The position numbers were made by a program, and so were the translations under genes. Below, piece after piece: positions 43,022 through 54,232 of a stretch of DNA of 64,000 nt. Position 1 is the stretch's first letter. The number at the start of each line of letters is the position of its first letter. The DNA is taken from NCBI GenBank assembly GCA_000165345.1, contig CM000429.1, positions 352,001 through 416,000 of the forward strand. Reading direction: 5' to 3'. The notes under the pieces were generated by a model. That model was given only the letters and a program-made list of their open reading frames with translations. It ran no database searches and had not been told where the DNA came from.

Positions 43022-44407
43022 ATGCCAAAGTTTAAAAAGAGTAAAAACAAGCCTTCTAGGAACAGAAATCCTCTACATGTAGATATTGAGTCTGCAAGTT
43101 GCCCATACTCAAAACCAAGAAAAATTAAACCAATAGATTCTTCCCATGACTCCCTTTATGATAACCTTTCTAATGAAGAACAATTTTCTTCTGAAGTGCC
43201 AAAAAATATTGGAAAAAAAATCTTGAACGAGGCGAACCGACAGCTTAATGACTTCTACGATGATGAAATTCAGGAACATATTATTTACGAAGAAACAAAT
43301 GAATCTGAAGAAAAATCTAATCTTCCTATTGATAGTGCCGGTTTTATATATATTGATGAAAGTGGAATAGGAACGGCTGATGATATGGGACTGGATAATT
43401 CTTATTGGAATGATTTATTAAAAAATTATGAAAATGAAAATCATTCAAGTCAAAGCATTCGAAATCAAACGGGTTTCATAGACACTATTGTTTCTAAGCT
43501 ACGTGAGAAGAGTTCAGATAGAAAACCTTTAGAAATATCTGAAAGTTGTCAAAACTCTAATATTCCCGAAAAGGTAACTCAAGTTTATACTTTAATCGGT
43601 GAATGGCTTACCAAATATAAATCTGGAAAACTTCCAAAAGCATTTAGTATTATTCCGAAACTCGAAAATTGGGAGGAAGTTGTATTTCTTACTAATCCAC
43701 ACAATTGGTCTCCAAATGCAATGAATGAAGCAGTAAGAATTTTTTCTTCAAATCTATCCCCAAAAGACTCACTAAAATTCTATTCAAAAATTTTATATCC
43801 TACTATTCGAACGAATATATCTCAAAATTATGGCAAACTGAATTATCATTATTACCAAGCACTTAAAAAAGCTATGTTTAAACCTGCTGCATGGTTCAAA
43901 GGTATCTTATTGCCCCTTGCAGAAGATGAGTCTTGTACAATCAAAGAAGCCATAATTATTGGGAGTGTATTAAGTAAAGTTAGTATTCCTGTTCTTCATA
44001 CTGCTGCTGCAATTATCAAGCTCTCACAAATTAAGGTGTGGAATACATGTCAAACACATTTTATAATGGTTCTGCTATGTAAGAAATATTCAATGCCTAA
44101 GAAAGTAATTGATGAGTTGGTTGATAATTTTACCAAATTTGACCAAAAATTCCTGCATTATAATGACTCTTCACCATTATTTTCACAAAATAACATCAAC
44201 CTAAATTCAACAAACGTTCAAACAAATAGTATTTTACCTGTAACTTGGCATAAAACTCTGCTGGTATTTGTTCAAAGATACAAATACGAGTTTTCATCCG
44301 ACCAAATTAATAGATTAAATGATCTTGTCAAAAACCAATATCATTATTTAATCTCTCCTGAAATTATTCGTGAACTTTCTCACTCGCTAATTAAAGTTCC
44401 GAGTTAG
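43022..44407 (+). CDS. BYSL: Bystin / Enp1, a pre-40S ribosome biogenesis factor.
   Basis: MPKFKKSK start. [22 protein letters not shown] matches human [67 protein letters not shown] matches [45 protein letters not shown]. Confidence 0.9.
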   Translation: [461 protein letters not shown]

Positions 44408-44524
44408 ATTTCGACTTTATAATGAACAAGATTCTACATTAAAATAGTATATTATATTCAAAATCAAATTTCATAATTAAATTATAATTATTAAAGTGCC
44501 ATTGAATTGTATGATTTATTTATT

Positions 44525-47500
44525 TTAATAGAAATCGTCTTCCTTCAAAGACATACGAGCTATGCTCAACGCACTGTTCATATATTTATCAATAAATTCT
44601 TGTTTCTTAAACTCTGGTGAGGTTTTGGAGTAGTAAATAGCCTTTATTGTTGAATGAGACCTTGTACGTTCTTTAGAATTGATCAGTTTGCTGAATGTGT
44701 TGTAGAGGTGTTCAATAGTCATTTTATTATTAATATAATCTATTGCTCTTTGTAGATTAAAACTTTCTGAGAGGTCGCCTACGTAACGAATTTCATCCCA
44801 GTAATGGTTAAGCTTCTGATTAAATGAATTCCCTATTGATTTTGCTTCTTGTATTAATGCGCTTTTAATATCTTCAAACATGTGACTTTCCATATTTCCT
44901 AGCTTTCTGGTTGAAAACTCGTATAATGTATTACGTATAATCGACTCAATTTTTTCAACTGAATTATTGTTGTCTCCCTCAACTCCTACAACCAACAACC
45001 TGGTACTACTTATAGGAACAATATTTGCAAAAATAATATATCCTAATTGTTTGTTTGTCCTCAAATTGTCATAAATATATCCTTGAATAATTGGCTGTAA
45101 TGCCATTAAATGTAATTTTTCTTCAAAAGATGGGACTCCAAACTGGTAAAATGCCAATACAGTGTTATTAATATCCTCAAAAACTGGATTTATTAAGGCA
45201 ATATCAATCGGCCTTGTAAGTTTGTGGATTTTTTTTTTCATTGAATATTTATCATTAAGTGATAAAATTTTGCTATTTAATACAAACTTCTCAATTAGAT
45301 ACAAAGATTTATTCTTGGAAATATTTCCCTGTAAATATGCAATAATTGATTGTCTATGTAATAGCTTGTATGCCCAACTATTAAACAATTCGCATTTATT
45401 GTATCCTTTATTTGAACTTGAACCCAAAATTGTTTGTGTATATTCAAGTATGAATGAAATAAATTTATGTCTATTTTTGCTGGGATTTTGATTTTCTATT
45501 TCAACGAACATTCTGTTAATAAAGTTTCTATATTCCCACTCTGTGTATTCTCCATTGGTTTGCAATGACTTAATTATTAACATAATTTTAGAATATGTTG
45601 TATCTTCTGAATTAAAAGCATATTTAGAATTATTTAGCTCTGCAATGATTTCATTCAAAATGCTGCAATCAAAATTAGAAATATTTGCAATTTCTGATGC
45701 AACTATTTCGTTCAAAAGAATGTCGATATCATCTGAATACCCAAATGTATCTATGCTTATTAAGATACCCTCGACATCCCATTCTATATAAAATGACATT
45801 CCGCATTCACTATACCTCTCAATTTTTTCTTTAATCAAAGTATCTAAAATATACGTAATAATTTCTCCCCAAACTTGAGTTTCAATTCCTTTATTATATC
45901 TCCTTGGAAACTTGAGAAGTATTTTTATTCCGATTTTATGACTTTTTTTTACAGGACCATTCCACCAAATATTAGCTAACATGGAATCTAACCTTTGCGG
46001 AGTTGATAAATCTTCTACCTCTTGAATTATTCTTAAATTAATTGGCGAACACTTTTCTGGAGTTGGTAATTTTATTTCGTTTTCTTCTCGCTCATTAAAT
46101 TTTGTTTTTTTCCAAGCATTTAATGTTTTTATGGGAATGTCTTCAATAGCGTGCTTAACATGAAAAAATTTCTCATAAGTTCCTGAAAATTCCTGTTCAT
46201 CACTTACTAAAAATAAAGTATCAAATGGCGAAATAGCATTCAAAATCTCGTAAATTAAATTTTCATCAACATCTTCGATTAGAATATCTCCACTTAATGC
46301 TGCATGAACTCCGTATTGAATCATCTTGGAACAAATTTCTGATGTGGAATGCATAGGTGAACTTTCTAACATTTCTGTGTTTGTGATGAACTCTCTCTCT
46401 GTTAATGATCTTATTCCTTGATAAACCTTTAATAATTCTTTGCTTTCTTTTAATTTGTTGATATATTTATAAATTAAACCAATTATTTCGAATTGATTTT
46501 TTAACCCTTCTGATGTTAATTCCAATTGATAGATGAAAATACTACCAAATGTATAATTTTCATATACTGAGTTTGAATTTGTTATATAATTGTTTTTTTG
46601 TAGAAACCAGAAGAGTGAGTTTTTTTGTTTAGAATTAAGAATATATGATAAATAAATCAACGGCTGTTTGACAGGAGAAATTAAACGAGCTGGAAATGAC
46701 CAAATTAACCACAGTAAATCGCGTCCGCCGAGAGATTTTACGTGGATCTTCTTACTCAAATATTTTTGATCAATTATGGATTTGTTCAAAATGCCATGCT
46801 CTTTTTTTAGTGAACTGAATTCGCATTGTCCATCATTATCGATTAAAACTCCAGAAAAATATTTTTGTAATAATTTTTCCTGATCTGTTAAACTTCTCTT
46901 TGAAGATAAAACAATAAACATATTTATTCCACAATAATATTTTTTATACATTTTTTTAAGTAGTCTTGGGATTGATATCCCTAATTTATTTGGAATGTCA
47001 ACCAATGTTTCAATATTTCCTGTTGTGAATTGTGACATTGGCTTATTTGTGTGAGTTTTTAACATATGAAATAGACGATCAAATTCATTGGGAATATTTT
47101 TCAAATGCTCTGAATTTATTATATGAATTTCTTTTTCAATAACATTTTCATAAAATAAAGGATCTATAAAAAAGTGTGAAAAGCGATCTAATCCTTCTTC
47201 CAAGTACTCTTCCCCAATTTCATTAAAGTAGATTGTTCTTTCTTCTGAAGTATATGCATTGTTTTTTCCACCATGTTGGGCCATAAATTCATCGTAGCTT
47301 TCAGGAGCCGGATACTTTTTTGTCCCCAAAAAAAGCACATGTTCAATTAAATGAAATAATCCCAAAGCATAAACAGGATTATTAAAAGATCCAACTTTTA
47401 TCCCAACAGTAAAACCTGCTTTTTCTGAAAATTTATCTTCTATCAGCAGTGCAGTAATTCCATTTTCTAAAGTGATGTTTTTATAGCTTCTATCGTCTGT

Positions 47501-47608
47501 TTTTGGCTTTAAAACAGAGTAGCCTGATTTCCAAATAGAGCTTGAGCAGCTAAGCGAAATTTCATTGTTGATACTGATAATTATAATAAATAAAAGCAAG
47601 CATAGCAT
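44525..47608 (-). CDS. Secreted insulinase-like M16 metallopeptidase (inverzincin) of 1027 aa.
   Basis: N-terminal hydrophobic signal MLCLLLFIIIISINNEISLSC. The inverted zinc motif HLIEH (HxxEH) lies at nt ~47339-47353 in the context GLFHLIEHVLFLGTKKYPAPESYDEFMAQHGGKNNAYTSEERTIYF. Its length fits a four-domain M16 architecture. Confidence 0.8.
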   Translation of the reverse strand: MLCLLLFIIIISINNEISLSCSSSIWKSGYSVLKPKTDDRSYKNITLENGITALLIEDKFSEKAGFTVGIKVGSFNNPVYALGLFHLIEHVLFLGTKKYPAPESYDEFMAQHGGKNNAYTSEERTIYFNEIGEEYLEEGLDRFSHFFIDPLFYENVIEKEIHIINSEHLKNIPNEFDRLFHMLKTHTNKPMSQFTTGNIETLVDIPNKLGISIPRLLKKMYKKYYCGINMFIVLSSKRSLTDQEKLLQKYFSGVLIDNDGQCEFSSLKKEHGILNKSIIDQKYLSKKIHVKSLGGRDLLWLIWSFPARLISPVKQPLIYLSYILNSKQKNSLFWFLQKNNYITNSNSVYENYTFGSIFIYQLELTSEGLKNQFEIIGLIYKYINKLKESKELLKVYQGIRSLTEREFITNTEMLESSPMHSTSEICSKMIQYGVHAALSGDILIEDVDENLIYEILNAISPFDTLFLVSDEQEFSGTYEKFFHVKHAIEDIPIKTLNAWKKTKFNEREENEIKLPTPEKCSPINLRIIQEVEDLSTPQRLDSMLANIWWNGPVKKSHKIGIKILLKFPRRYNKGIETQVWGEIITYILDTLIKEKIERYSECGMSFYIEWDVEGILISIDTFGYSDDIDILLNEIVASEIANISNFDCSILNEIIAELNNSKYAFNSEDTTYSKIMLIIKSLQTNGEYTEWEYRNFINRMFVEIENQNPSKNRHKFISFILEYTQTILGSSSNKGYNKCELFNSWAYKLLHRQSIIAYLQGNISKNKSLYLIEKFVLNSKILSLNDKYSMKKKIHKLTRPIDIALINPVFEDINNTVLAFYQFGVPSFEEKLHLMALQPIIQGYIYDNLRTNKQLGYIIFANIVPISSTRLLVVGVEGDNNNSVEKIESIIRNTLYEFSTRKLGNMESHMFEDIKSALIQEAKSIGNSFNQKLNHYWDEIRYVGDLSESFNLQRAIDYINNKMTIEHLYNTFSKLINSKERTRSHSTIKAIYYSKTSPEFKKQEFIDKYMNSALSIARMSLKEDDFY

Positions 47609-47843
47609 TTGTATTTTTTTGATATCTTAAATATTTAATTATTTACTACGTAAATTATGCATGCATGTACTCATGTAAATATTTTCTGCGTTAAAAATTA
47701 TCAAAAGTAAAAAAGGATTACAAGAATATTTAATGCAGATACTTTTATTTCAGTAAATTTAGCAAATAATTCCTAAATCATTAAGTTCTAATTCTTTGAA
47801 GTCATTCATGAAAAATTGTTCATATTAACAATTATTTTGTATA

Positions 47844-49826
47844 TTAATGAGACGAAACATCTAGAAGGCTTATTTCATTAGAATGCTGTTCTAATCCATC
47901 ATTTATTCCGCTAGGTATTGGGTGAAAAACTCGTGTTTCAGAGTTTGAGTTGTTAGATACCATTACATCAGTTTTTTTTTTTTTATTATCTATTTTAAAT
48001 TCATTTGAACTATTTTTTTTTTTTATTTGCGGTAATCTCCTTTGTTTTGACCTCAAAGAATTCAAATAATACTTAATTGCTTTATAAACCGATTGCCAAT
48101 GCATAATACTTGACGTAGATTCACGAACAAAAGTTCCTTTTGAAGCAAGTCCATCTATTGATATAATTCCCTTTGACCAAGGTAATATTTCATTTGAACT
48201 TTTTTCTATTCTCTTTTCAATATGAAAAATAAATACTTCAAATTGTTCTTTGGAAAACTCCATTATTTGAGCAGGCCAAAATGTACACTTATAGTTTACC
48301 CATACTAACTCACCGATTTGAAATTTTGACCCTGGTTTAAGCTTATTTCCATGGGCTTTACAATAGTCACAAAACCAATCATTTTTTGTGATTTTATTCG
48401 CCTGGCTTTGACATGTCAGGTGATATATGTATCCACAATTTACGCACATATTCATACTCTCTTTCCCATTTCTTGGAACCTTACAAATATAGCACTTCCA
48501 TTCTGAATCTTTGGGTAATGAATGCCTAAAAAATACAGGAATATTTAATTGAAAGTTTTCGTCTTTTATATCGTTGTTAATAGAATTGCTCTCCGACTTT
48601 ATTGATTCGAGTTCTAATTCTATTTTTTCCGTTTTGTCACACCGTAAATTATTTAACAAGTTTTTCTGCTCAAGTAATTTCTCATTTGTCTCGCCTTTTA
48701 AATCTGAATTGTTTTGAAGAACTTTTTGTCCAATTCCAGCGAATATCATGTCAATTAGTTCTTCTTTTGTAATATCTTCGGATTTTTCATCAATAGAAAT
48801 CGAAATACCTGGATTTCTTCTTTTTAGTATTTTCGCAACAATATACTTAGGAAGGCAAGAAATTGCTGCATATAAATACATCTTGAAGTTCTCAACATCT
48901 ATTTTATCATTGTAAAAACTTGTATTCTCTATTTTTCCGTTTGAGTTTTTACTCGATTCGGATTTATTCGAATTTAAATTAGAACTTTTTTCCAATTCAA
49001 AAATGTGATTATTTCCATTAATTACTTTTCTTAGTGTATTGTATGTACTTAAATGATCCATTTCCTTATCGTCAAAATGAAATCTATTGTCAGAGTTGTA
49101 ATTAAATAGAGTTGTATCTTCATTTGTTGAGCTTTGAAAGCCAGAATTAATCTTTGAATTGTATTGACTATTCTCAGTATATTGAGTATCCACTAAAGAA
49201 TTTAATATTTGATTGTTTTGAAGTGATTTTTCTTTACTATTTGATAAATACTTATTTGAATTACTATTCTTGCAATTTTGAGAAATACTTTCGTATTGAG
49301 TATTTTGGAATGCTTTATAATAAATACATCTTCCTCTATGGCTTATAAATCCTTTGACACTAAAATAAATTTTCTTGCAATAAATACATCTCACTCTCAA
49401 ACTGGATTTAGTTGGAGTAAATGCATAATTGCATTCTACCTTGATTTTACCTTTTTTTATAGATACCTTTCCTTCTTGCCAGTTTAAATCTAAATTGTTT
49501 TTTGACTTGTTCTTGAAATCGGAATCGAAAGTTACATCTTGGCTCATCTTTCCCTTTAACGCTTCTAGTGAAATGCAATTTTGATTCCCTAACTCATCAA
49601 CCGGGCTCGCGCTATTATTATGGTTATTGTAATCATTGGAATTATTTGCCTTCTCAAGTAAATTAGAATTAAATTTTTCTTGCGTGTTAAATATATAATC
49701 GCTTGTTTGAGTGCAACCTTGGAATATCGAATTCCCCAGAAAATCTTTCTCTACTTCATTTATAGTTCGGATATCTGCAACAGTTTCTTTATTATTTTGA
49801 GAAGTGTTTAGGATATTAATAAACAT
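47844..49826 (-). CDS. Chromatin-reader-type protein with a PHD finger and a PWWP-like domain (660 aa).
   Basis: CYICKVPRNGKESMNMCVNCGYIYHLTCQ...WFCDYCK is a C4HC3 PHD finger. It is followed by IGELVWVNYKCTFWPAQIMEF, a PWWP-type motif. There is an extra C2HC-like cluster, CIYCKKIYFSVKGFISHRGRC. Confidence 0.65.
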   Translation of the reverse strand: MFINILNTSQNNKETVADIRTINEVEKDFLGNSIFQGCTQTSDYIFNTQEKFNSNLLEKANNSNDYNNHNNSASPVDELGNQNCISLEALKGKMSQDVTFDSDFKNKSKNNLDLNWQEGKVSIKKGKIKVECNYAFTPTKSSLRVRCIYCKKIYFSVKGFISHRGRCIYYKAFQNTQYESISQNCKNSNSNKYLSNSKEKSLQNNQILNSLVDTQYTENSQYNSKINSGFQSSTNEDTTLFNYNSDNRFHFDDKEMDHLSTYNTLRKVINGNNHIFELEKSSNLNSNKSESSKNSNGKIENTSFYNDKIDVENFKMYLYAAISCLPKYIVAKILKRRNPGISISIDEKSEDITKEELIDMIFAGIGQKVLQNNSDLKGETNEKLLEQKNLLNNLRCDKTEKIELELESIKSESNSINNDIKDENFQLNIPVFFRHSLPKDSEWKCYICKVPRNGKESMNMCVNCGYIYHLTCQSQANKITKNDWFCDYCKAHGNKLKPGSKFQIGELVWVNYKCTFWPAQIMEFSKEQFEVFIFHIEKRIEKSSNEILPWSKGIISIDGLASKGTFVRESTSSIMHWQSVYKAIKYYLNSLRSKQRRLPQIKKKNSSNEFKIDNKKKKTDVMVSNNSNSETRVFHPIPSGINDGLEQHSNEISLLDVSSH

Positions 49827-50254
49827 TGCGAACTTTTTAATAAAATCTTGATCGATTGCGCCCCCCTATTGTTTATTAGTGACTGTTTAATAATTACTCG
49901 TAATTAGTACAAAATTCAACTTACATCATGTTTTATTTCTCCATTTTCGAAATGACTTTGTGCGCTACTCATATTTTCCTTCTAAATACATTTGAAACGT
50001 GTCCGATCAAACCTAAGTTCTCATTAATTTGATGAAAATTCATTAATATTATTCTAGTCGCATGCAATCATTTATTTACCACTTCTTTCTTTCATGCATG
50101 CAACTAGTTAAACCCGCCATAATTTCGTGGGAACCTCGATAACATGCCAAATAACCCACTAATACATGAAAAATTGGTAGAAAATATACATTTATTATAG
50201 AAATGAAAGCTCAAAAGCTACTAAAATCTACAACCTACATCCTACAAAGAAAAG

Positions 50255-52585
50255 TTAAGATAGCTTACAGAATCCATTAGAATATGAGTCATACCAAAGG
50301 GGATTTTGCCATGTGTCAATGCAAGAAATTGATGAGGAATCAAAGTCCCAGGAATTACAATCATTTTGACTTGAGCTTTCATCTTCTTGCTGAACTTCTG
50401 CAGAGTATACAGTTGGAAGGGTACAAGATACAGATGAATTAAAGAACTTTGAACCAACTGAATAATGAGGGACAGAGGTCGAAGCTTCAGAGCTTATTGG
50501 ATTTTTATCTGTTGTTGGAATACAAAACATATCAATGTTTAAATAATCACAATTCCATGACTCTGTAGCAACCAAGTGCTTGTTAAAGATTGTATAATTC
50601 ACTTGATCATGTTCTATTTGCTCGTTATTCTGAGACAAGGTATTATGGGTGTCCTGATCCAATTGGAAGGATGACAGCGTTTCCGCCTTTTCCTCATTTT
50701 CCGTACTATTGGAATTTCCAACACAAGAACTCAACCCTACCGAAGATTGTACGGTCGTCTCTTCGCTCCATCGGCTTGTTTCAGTGTTAGAATAAAAGTA
50801 TGTCCCAGAAGAAATATACATTGTTTTGTTTGGATCTTCTAAAAATGGTCCATCATAGGTTGAGAAAGACTGGCATGGAGAGGAGGTATAAGAAGAAATA
50901 TTACAGTAATTTGTGTTAGGCGAAACTGTGGTAGATGCTTGATGATGGACAGGCGTTGAAACAGAAAACTTATTACCAGAAACCATGCTATTCCTGCTAT
51001 CCGAACACTTTCTGGATAACACACTATTGCTCAATTTACCTCCAATCCGACTTGGATATGAGTCAATACTTGAACTTTGCGTTGGACTTTGGTGTATACT
51101 ATTTATAGGGCTTTCCTCTGCATTACTTACAACATTCAGTTTTAAGCAATTTCCTCCATAAGATTCTTCGATACCTACCATTATATTGTTTTCGCCAGTG
51201 TTCAAACCGCAATTAACATCGAATGAAAGTTGCTCACTGATTGAAAAGTTTTCTGCAAAGCTGTGCCTTTCATCTACATGAGTTTCGGTTAATTTGTTAC
51301 CATCAATAAAAATATTTTGAGCACAGTGATTGTTTATTTCTAACAGCGAGCTTTTTGAACTGCTATTTTTGTAATTCATTCCGGTTGTATTGGCCTGGCT
51401 GCATACATCAATTGAAGGTTTATCAATAGAAATATTACTATAACCGCAATGTAATCCTACCTCGCTTGAGCCAGAAACTAACTTCCCTGATCCTTCTGGA
51501 ATATCATTGGTAACTGTATTCGTTAATGAAATGCCTTGAAACCCAATTATTGAAGAACAATAACATCGCTGATTATTACCGCATGTTTGGCAATCAAATG
51601 TAGAGTTAGAACAAGCTAGATTCGAACTCGCCGAGTAAGGTGATGACCTAAATGAGATTGGTTTGATGCATTGGCCATTATTAATCGCCGCATTAAGATT
51701 ACAACTTGCTGGATCATTTTTCAAGTTATCATTGGGAACATAAGCGTTCAAATTTTCAGTAAGGTCATGAGAGATAGCTTTACGGTCTTTGTTAACTGCA
51801 TTATTCATTATTGAAACATTTCTACCGTTTGCCACTAAATTTTTACCAACAATTCCACTTATTTTATATCCCACTCCGCCCATTCCTCTTGAATAACTTT
51901 GCCTTTGAGAATCATAATTTTCCTTATTCATTCCTATTTTTTGTGTTTTTAATAGCCCAATAGTTGAACAATTCAAATTATTGTTCATACCTATCTGTAA
52001 AGGTAAACATTTACCATCACGTTTTTTTCTTTGCTTCATCCAACAAGCATTACAGACCCTTAACTTTGATTCGACCGAACATACCGAAATATATCTCCAC
52101 TGAGGAGTTTTTGTAGCAGAGCAAATCTGACAAAAGTAATCAGACCTGTCTAGGGGTGGCCTTCCTGCCCTCCTCTCATTTGTTTGTTTAAGTTTACTAT
52201 CCATATTTTTCATTGATTGAATTTCAGTATCAAAATACCTGGTATTTTTATATCCAAAAATCATGTCTCCCTCACTATTACCATCGCCACCTACATTTCG
52301 CACTGAATCTATCAATATACGATCACCCGATATAACATTATTTAATGGCTGTTGTCCTAACATATTAAGAAAAGGATAATTCTCAAGGCATTGAGAGTCG
52401 CCAGATAAAGTTCTTGTGCCAATGAGAGACTGATCATCAGATAATATATCACAGGATGTTAAGTTAGTCAAAATATTGCTCCTTTTAACTAGCTTTTCAT
52501 CTTTGCTTTGAATAATATTTTCAATAAGAGGAATAGCAATGGACCCACCATTCATATTTCGATTAGTTTCAATTTGCGATTTCAT
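50255..52585 (-). CDS. GATA-type zinc-finger transcription factor (776 aa) with long Ser/Asn-rich regions.
   Basis: CQICSATKTPQWRYISVCSVESKLRVCNACWMKQRKKR (nt ~52043-52132). It has the GATA hallmarks CxxC...TPxWR...CNAC and a basic tail. Confidence 0.7.
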   Translation of the reverse strand: MKSQIETNRNMNGGSIAIPLIENIIQSKDEKLVKRSNILTNLTSCDILSDDQSLIGTRTLSGDSQCLENYPFLNMLGQQPLNNVISGDRILIDSVRNVGGDGNSEGDMIFGYKNTRYFDTEIQSMKNMDSKLKQTNERRAGRPPLDRSDYFCQICSATKTPQWRYISVCSVESKLRVCNACWMKQRKKRDGKCLPLQIGMNNNLNCSTIGLLKTQKIGMNKENYDSQRQSYSRGMGGVGYKISGIVGKNLVANGRNVSIMNNAVNKDRKAISHDLTENLNAYVPNDNLKNDPASCNLNAAINNGQCIKPISFRSSPYSASSNLACSNSTFDCQTCGNNQRCYCSSIIGFQGISLTNTVTNDIPEGSGKLVSGSSEVGLHCGYSNISIDKPSIDVCSQANTTGMNYKNSSSKSSLLEINNHCAQNIFIDGNKLTETHVDERHSFAENFSISEQLSFDVNCGLNTGENNIMVGIEESYGGNCLKLNVVSNAEESPINSIHQSPTQSSSIDSYPSRIGGKLSNSVLSRKCSDSRNSMVSGNKFSVSTPVHHQASTTVSPNTNYCNISSYTSSPCQSFSTYDGPFLEDPNKTMYISSGTYFYSNTETSRWSEETTVQSSVGLSSCVGNSNSTENEEKAETLSSFQLDQDTHNTLSQNNEQIEHDQVNYTIFNKHLVATESWNCDYLNIDMFCIPTTDKNPISSEASTSVPHYSVGSKFFNSSVSCTLPTVYSAEVQQEDESSSQNDCNSWDFDSSSISCIDTWQNPLWYDSYSNGFCKLS

Positions 52586-53212
52586 ATTAATAACTGCTCA
52601 TAAAAAGTCACAAATAAATGCCATATATCTCTTGACTTATCTTGAAATAATTTATTTGTAGGTATCACCAACAAATATACCTGTATCAAAAATAAAAGTC
52701 GATCTATTTCGTAGATCAAAAACATAGAGTATCAGAATGATACAAAACCCAATAAAAATGACCAGTATTGGCGATACTCTTCAGAGAGCTTGAAATAATT
52801 ATCTCTCAATACCTTAATTTTAAAATGTTATTCAATCTAAATAGTATCTTATAAAGTGCACAATTTACAATGATGCATTAGATCATGAGCAATTTTACCT
52901 GAATAATCCTGTCGTTTATCAAATACCTGAAAACTTAATGAAATAACACACTCAGCACCTTTCATAAACTATCTCCTTTCAAATAGAACTACCCTCAATT
53001 GGAACTGCATTGACCACAATAACAACTGCACAAAGACATGCGCTGCAATCTGGACAACCATCGTCTCCCCTTTAACCCACAGCCCGCGCCCTGAGGCGGT
53101 TTTTTTGGATATTCACTTCTGTATCAATCTTGAGAGCGGTATAATAAACCTAGTGATGAAATTAAAAAAAACTTTAAGATTTAATCGAAAGAATCATTTG
53201 GCATGTAGCCTT

Positions 53213-54096
53213 CTAATTATATGTATGGATACTAGGTCTCAAATGGCCACCATCACCTAGGCCACTGCAAATAACAAGGCTATCTGTTGAGATAGACATT
53301 CTAGTTACGCCACAGTTCAAGTGATTTAATCTAAGCCAACCGCTTGTGGGGTACTGGAGTCCCTTGCAAAACATGTATCGAATTACATTACCATGGCAAA
53401 CAATAATGTCTACATTATCTCCAAATGACTTTCCATTCTTAGAGAAGTATGTGTTAAATGCGTTATCTATTCTTTCCTTATCTTTTACAATCTCTCCTAT
53501 AGTTGGTTTAAATCCGCTGACAGAAGGGCTGGGAGCAATTGGAACTCCTTCTGCCAGATTGGGATCTTCGATCAACTTTACTCCAGGAAAGTATTTTGAA
53601 ATTATTGTTGCTGTTTCCTTAGCCCTTGTTAAATTCGAGTGATAAATTGCATTTACCTTTTCTCCATACTGTTGCGAAAGATATTTGCCAGTTTCTTCCG
53701 CCTGTTCTTTCCCAAGATCGGTTAGTACCTTCTCTTCATCTTTTGCAGCAGACGTTATATACTGGGCATGTCTAACTAGTATATTTTGGTGCCACTTGCG
53801 TGCATTATCACTTACAACCTTACCATTTCTCTTGTTTTCATGTTTATAATTACCATCCCAATTTGGATTCCAATTAATTGAATCTTTCAAATAGTAACCA
53901 AAATTCACAAAAGAGTAAATGGTTACTATGCCACTTAATATTATTGATGATGTGGAAAACTTTGCAAACCTATACAGCTTGGATGAAGCAAGTGTTTTTT
54001 TATTGAATAAAAAAGAAAAGTTCATTTTTCTTTCTTTCAACTGAAAGTTATTTGCTCTTGCTAAAAATGAGTATTTCCTAAGGGAACTAAAAATAG
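53213..54096 (-). CDS. PGAM5: PGAM5-like histidine phosphatase (phosphoglycerate-mutase family) with an N-terminal anchor.
   Basis: The track ORF begins at TTG 54139, and the first ATG is at 54096. There is an N-terminal hydrophobic segment, then a WNPNWD motif (WDxNWD, nt ~53855-53872) as in the PGAM5 multimerisation motif. The catalytic RHA/RHG (ILVRHAQY) and CHGNVIRY motifs follow. Confidence 0.7.
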
Positions 54097-54232
54097 ATGC
54101 TAGCATTGCTAATGAAAAATTTGTTAAATTGGTTAGCAAATAAAACTCTTAAGTTTAAATAGCGCTAGTAACGATACCTCACAAATTGAGCGGTTCTAAT
54201 TTTCTTTTCTATAACTTTATTTAAGTAACAAA

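Noticed and set aside
50242-50457. A 71-aa ORF overlapping the 3' end of the GATA gene.
   Set aside because: It is a different frame on the same strand, within and just beyond the GATA CDS stop. It has no motif.
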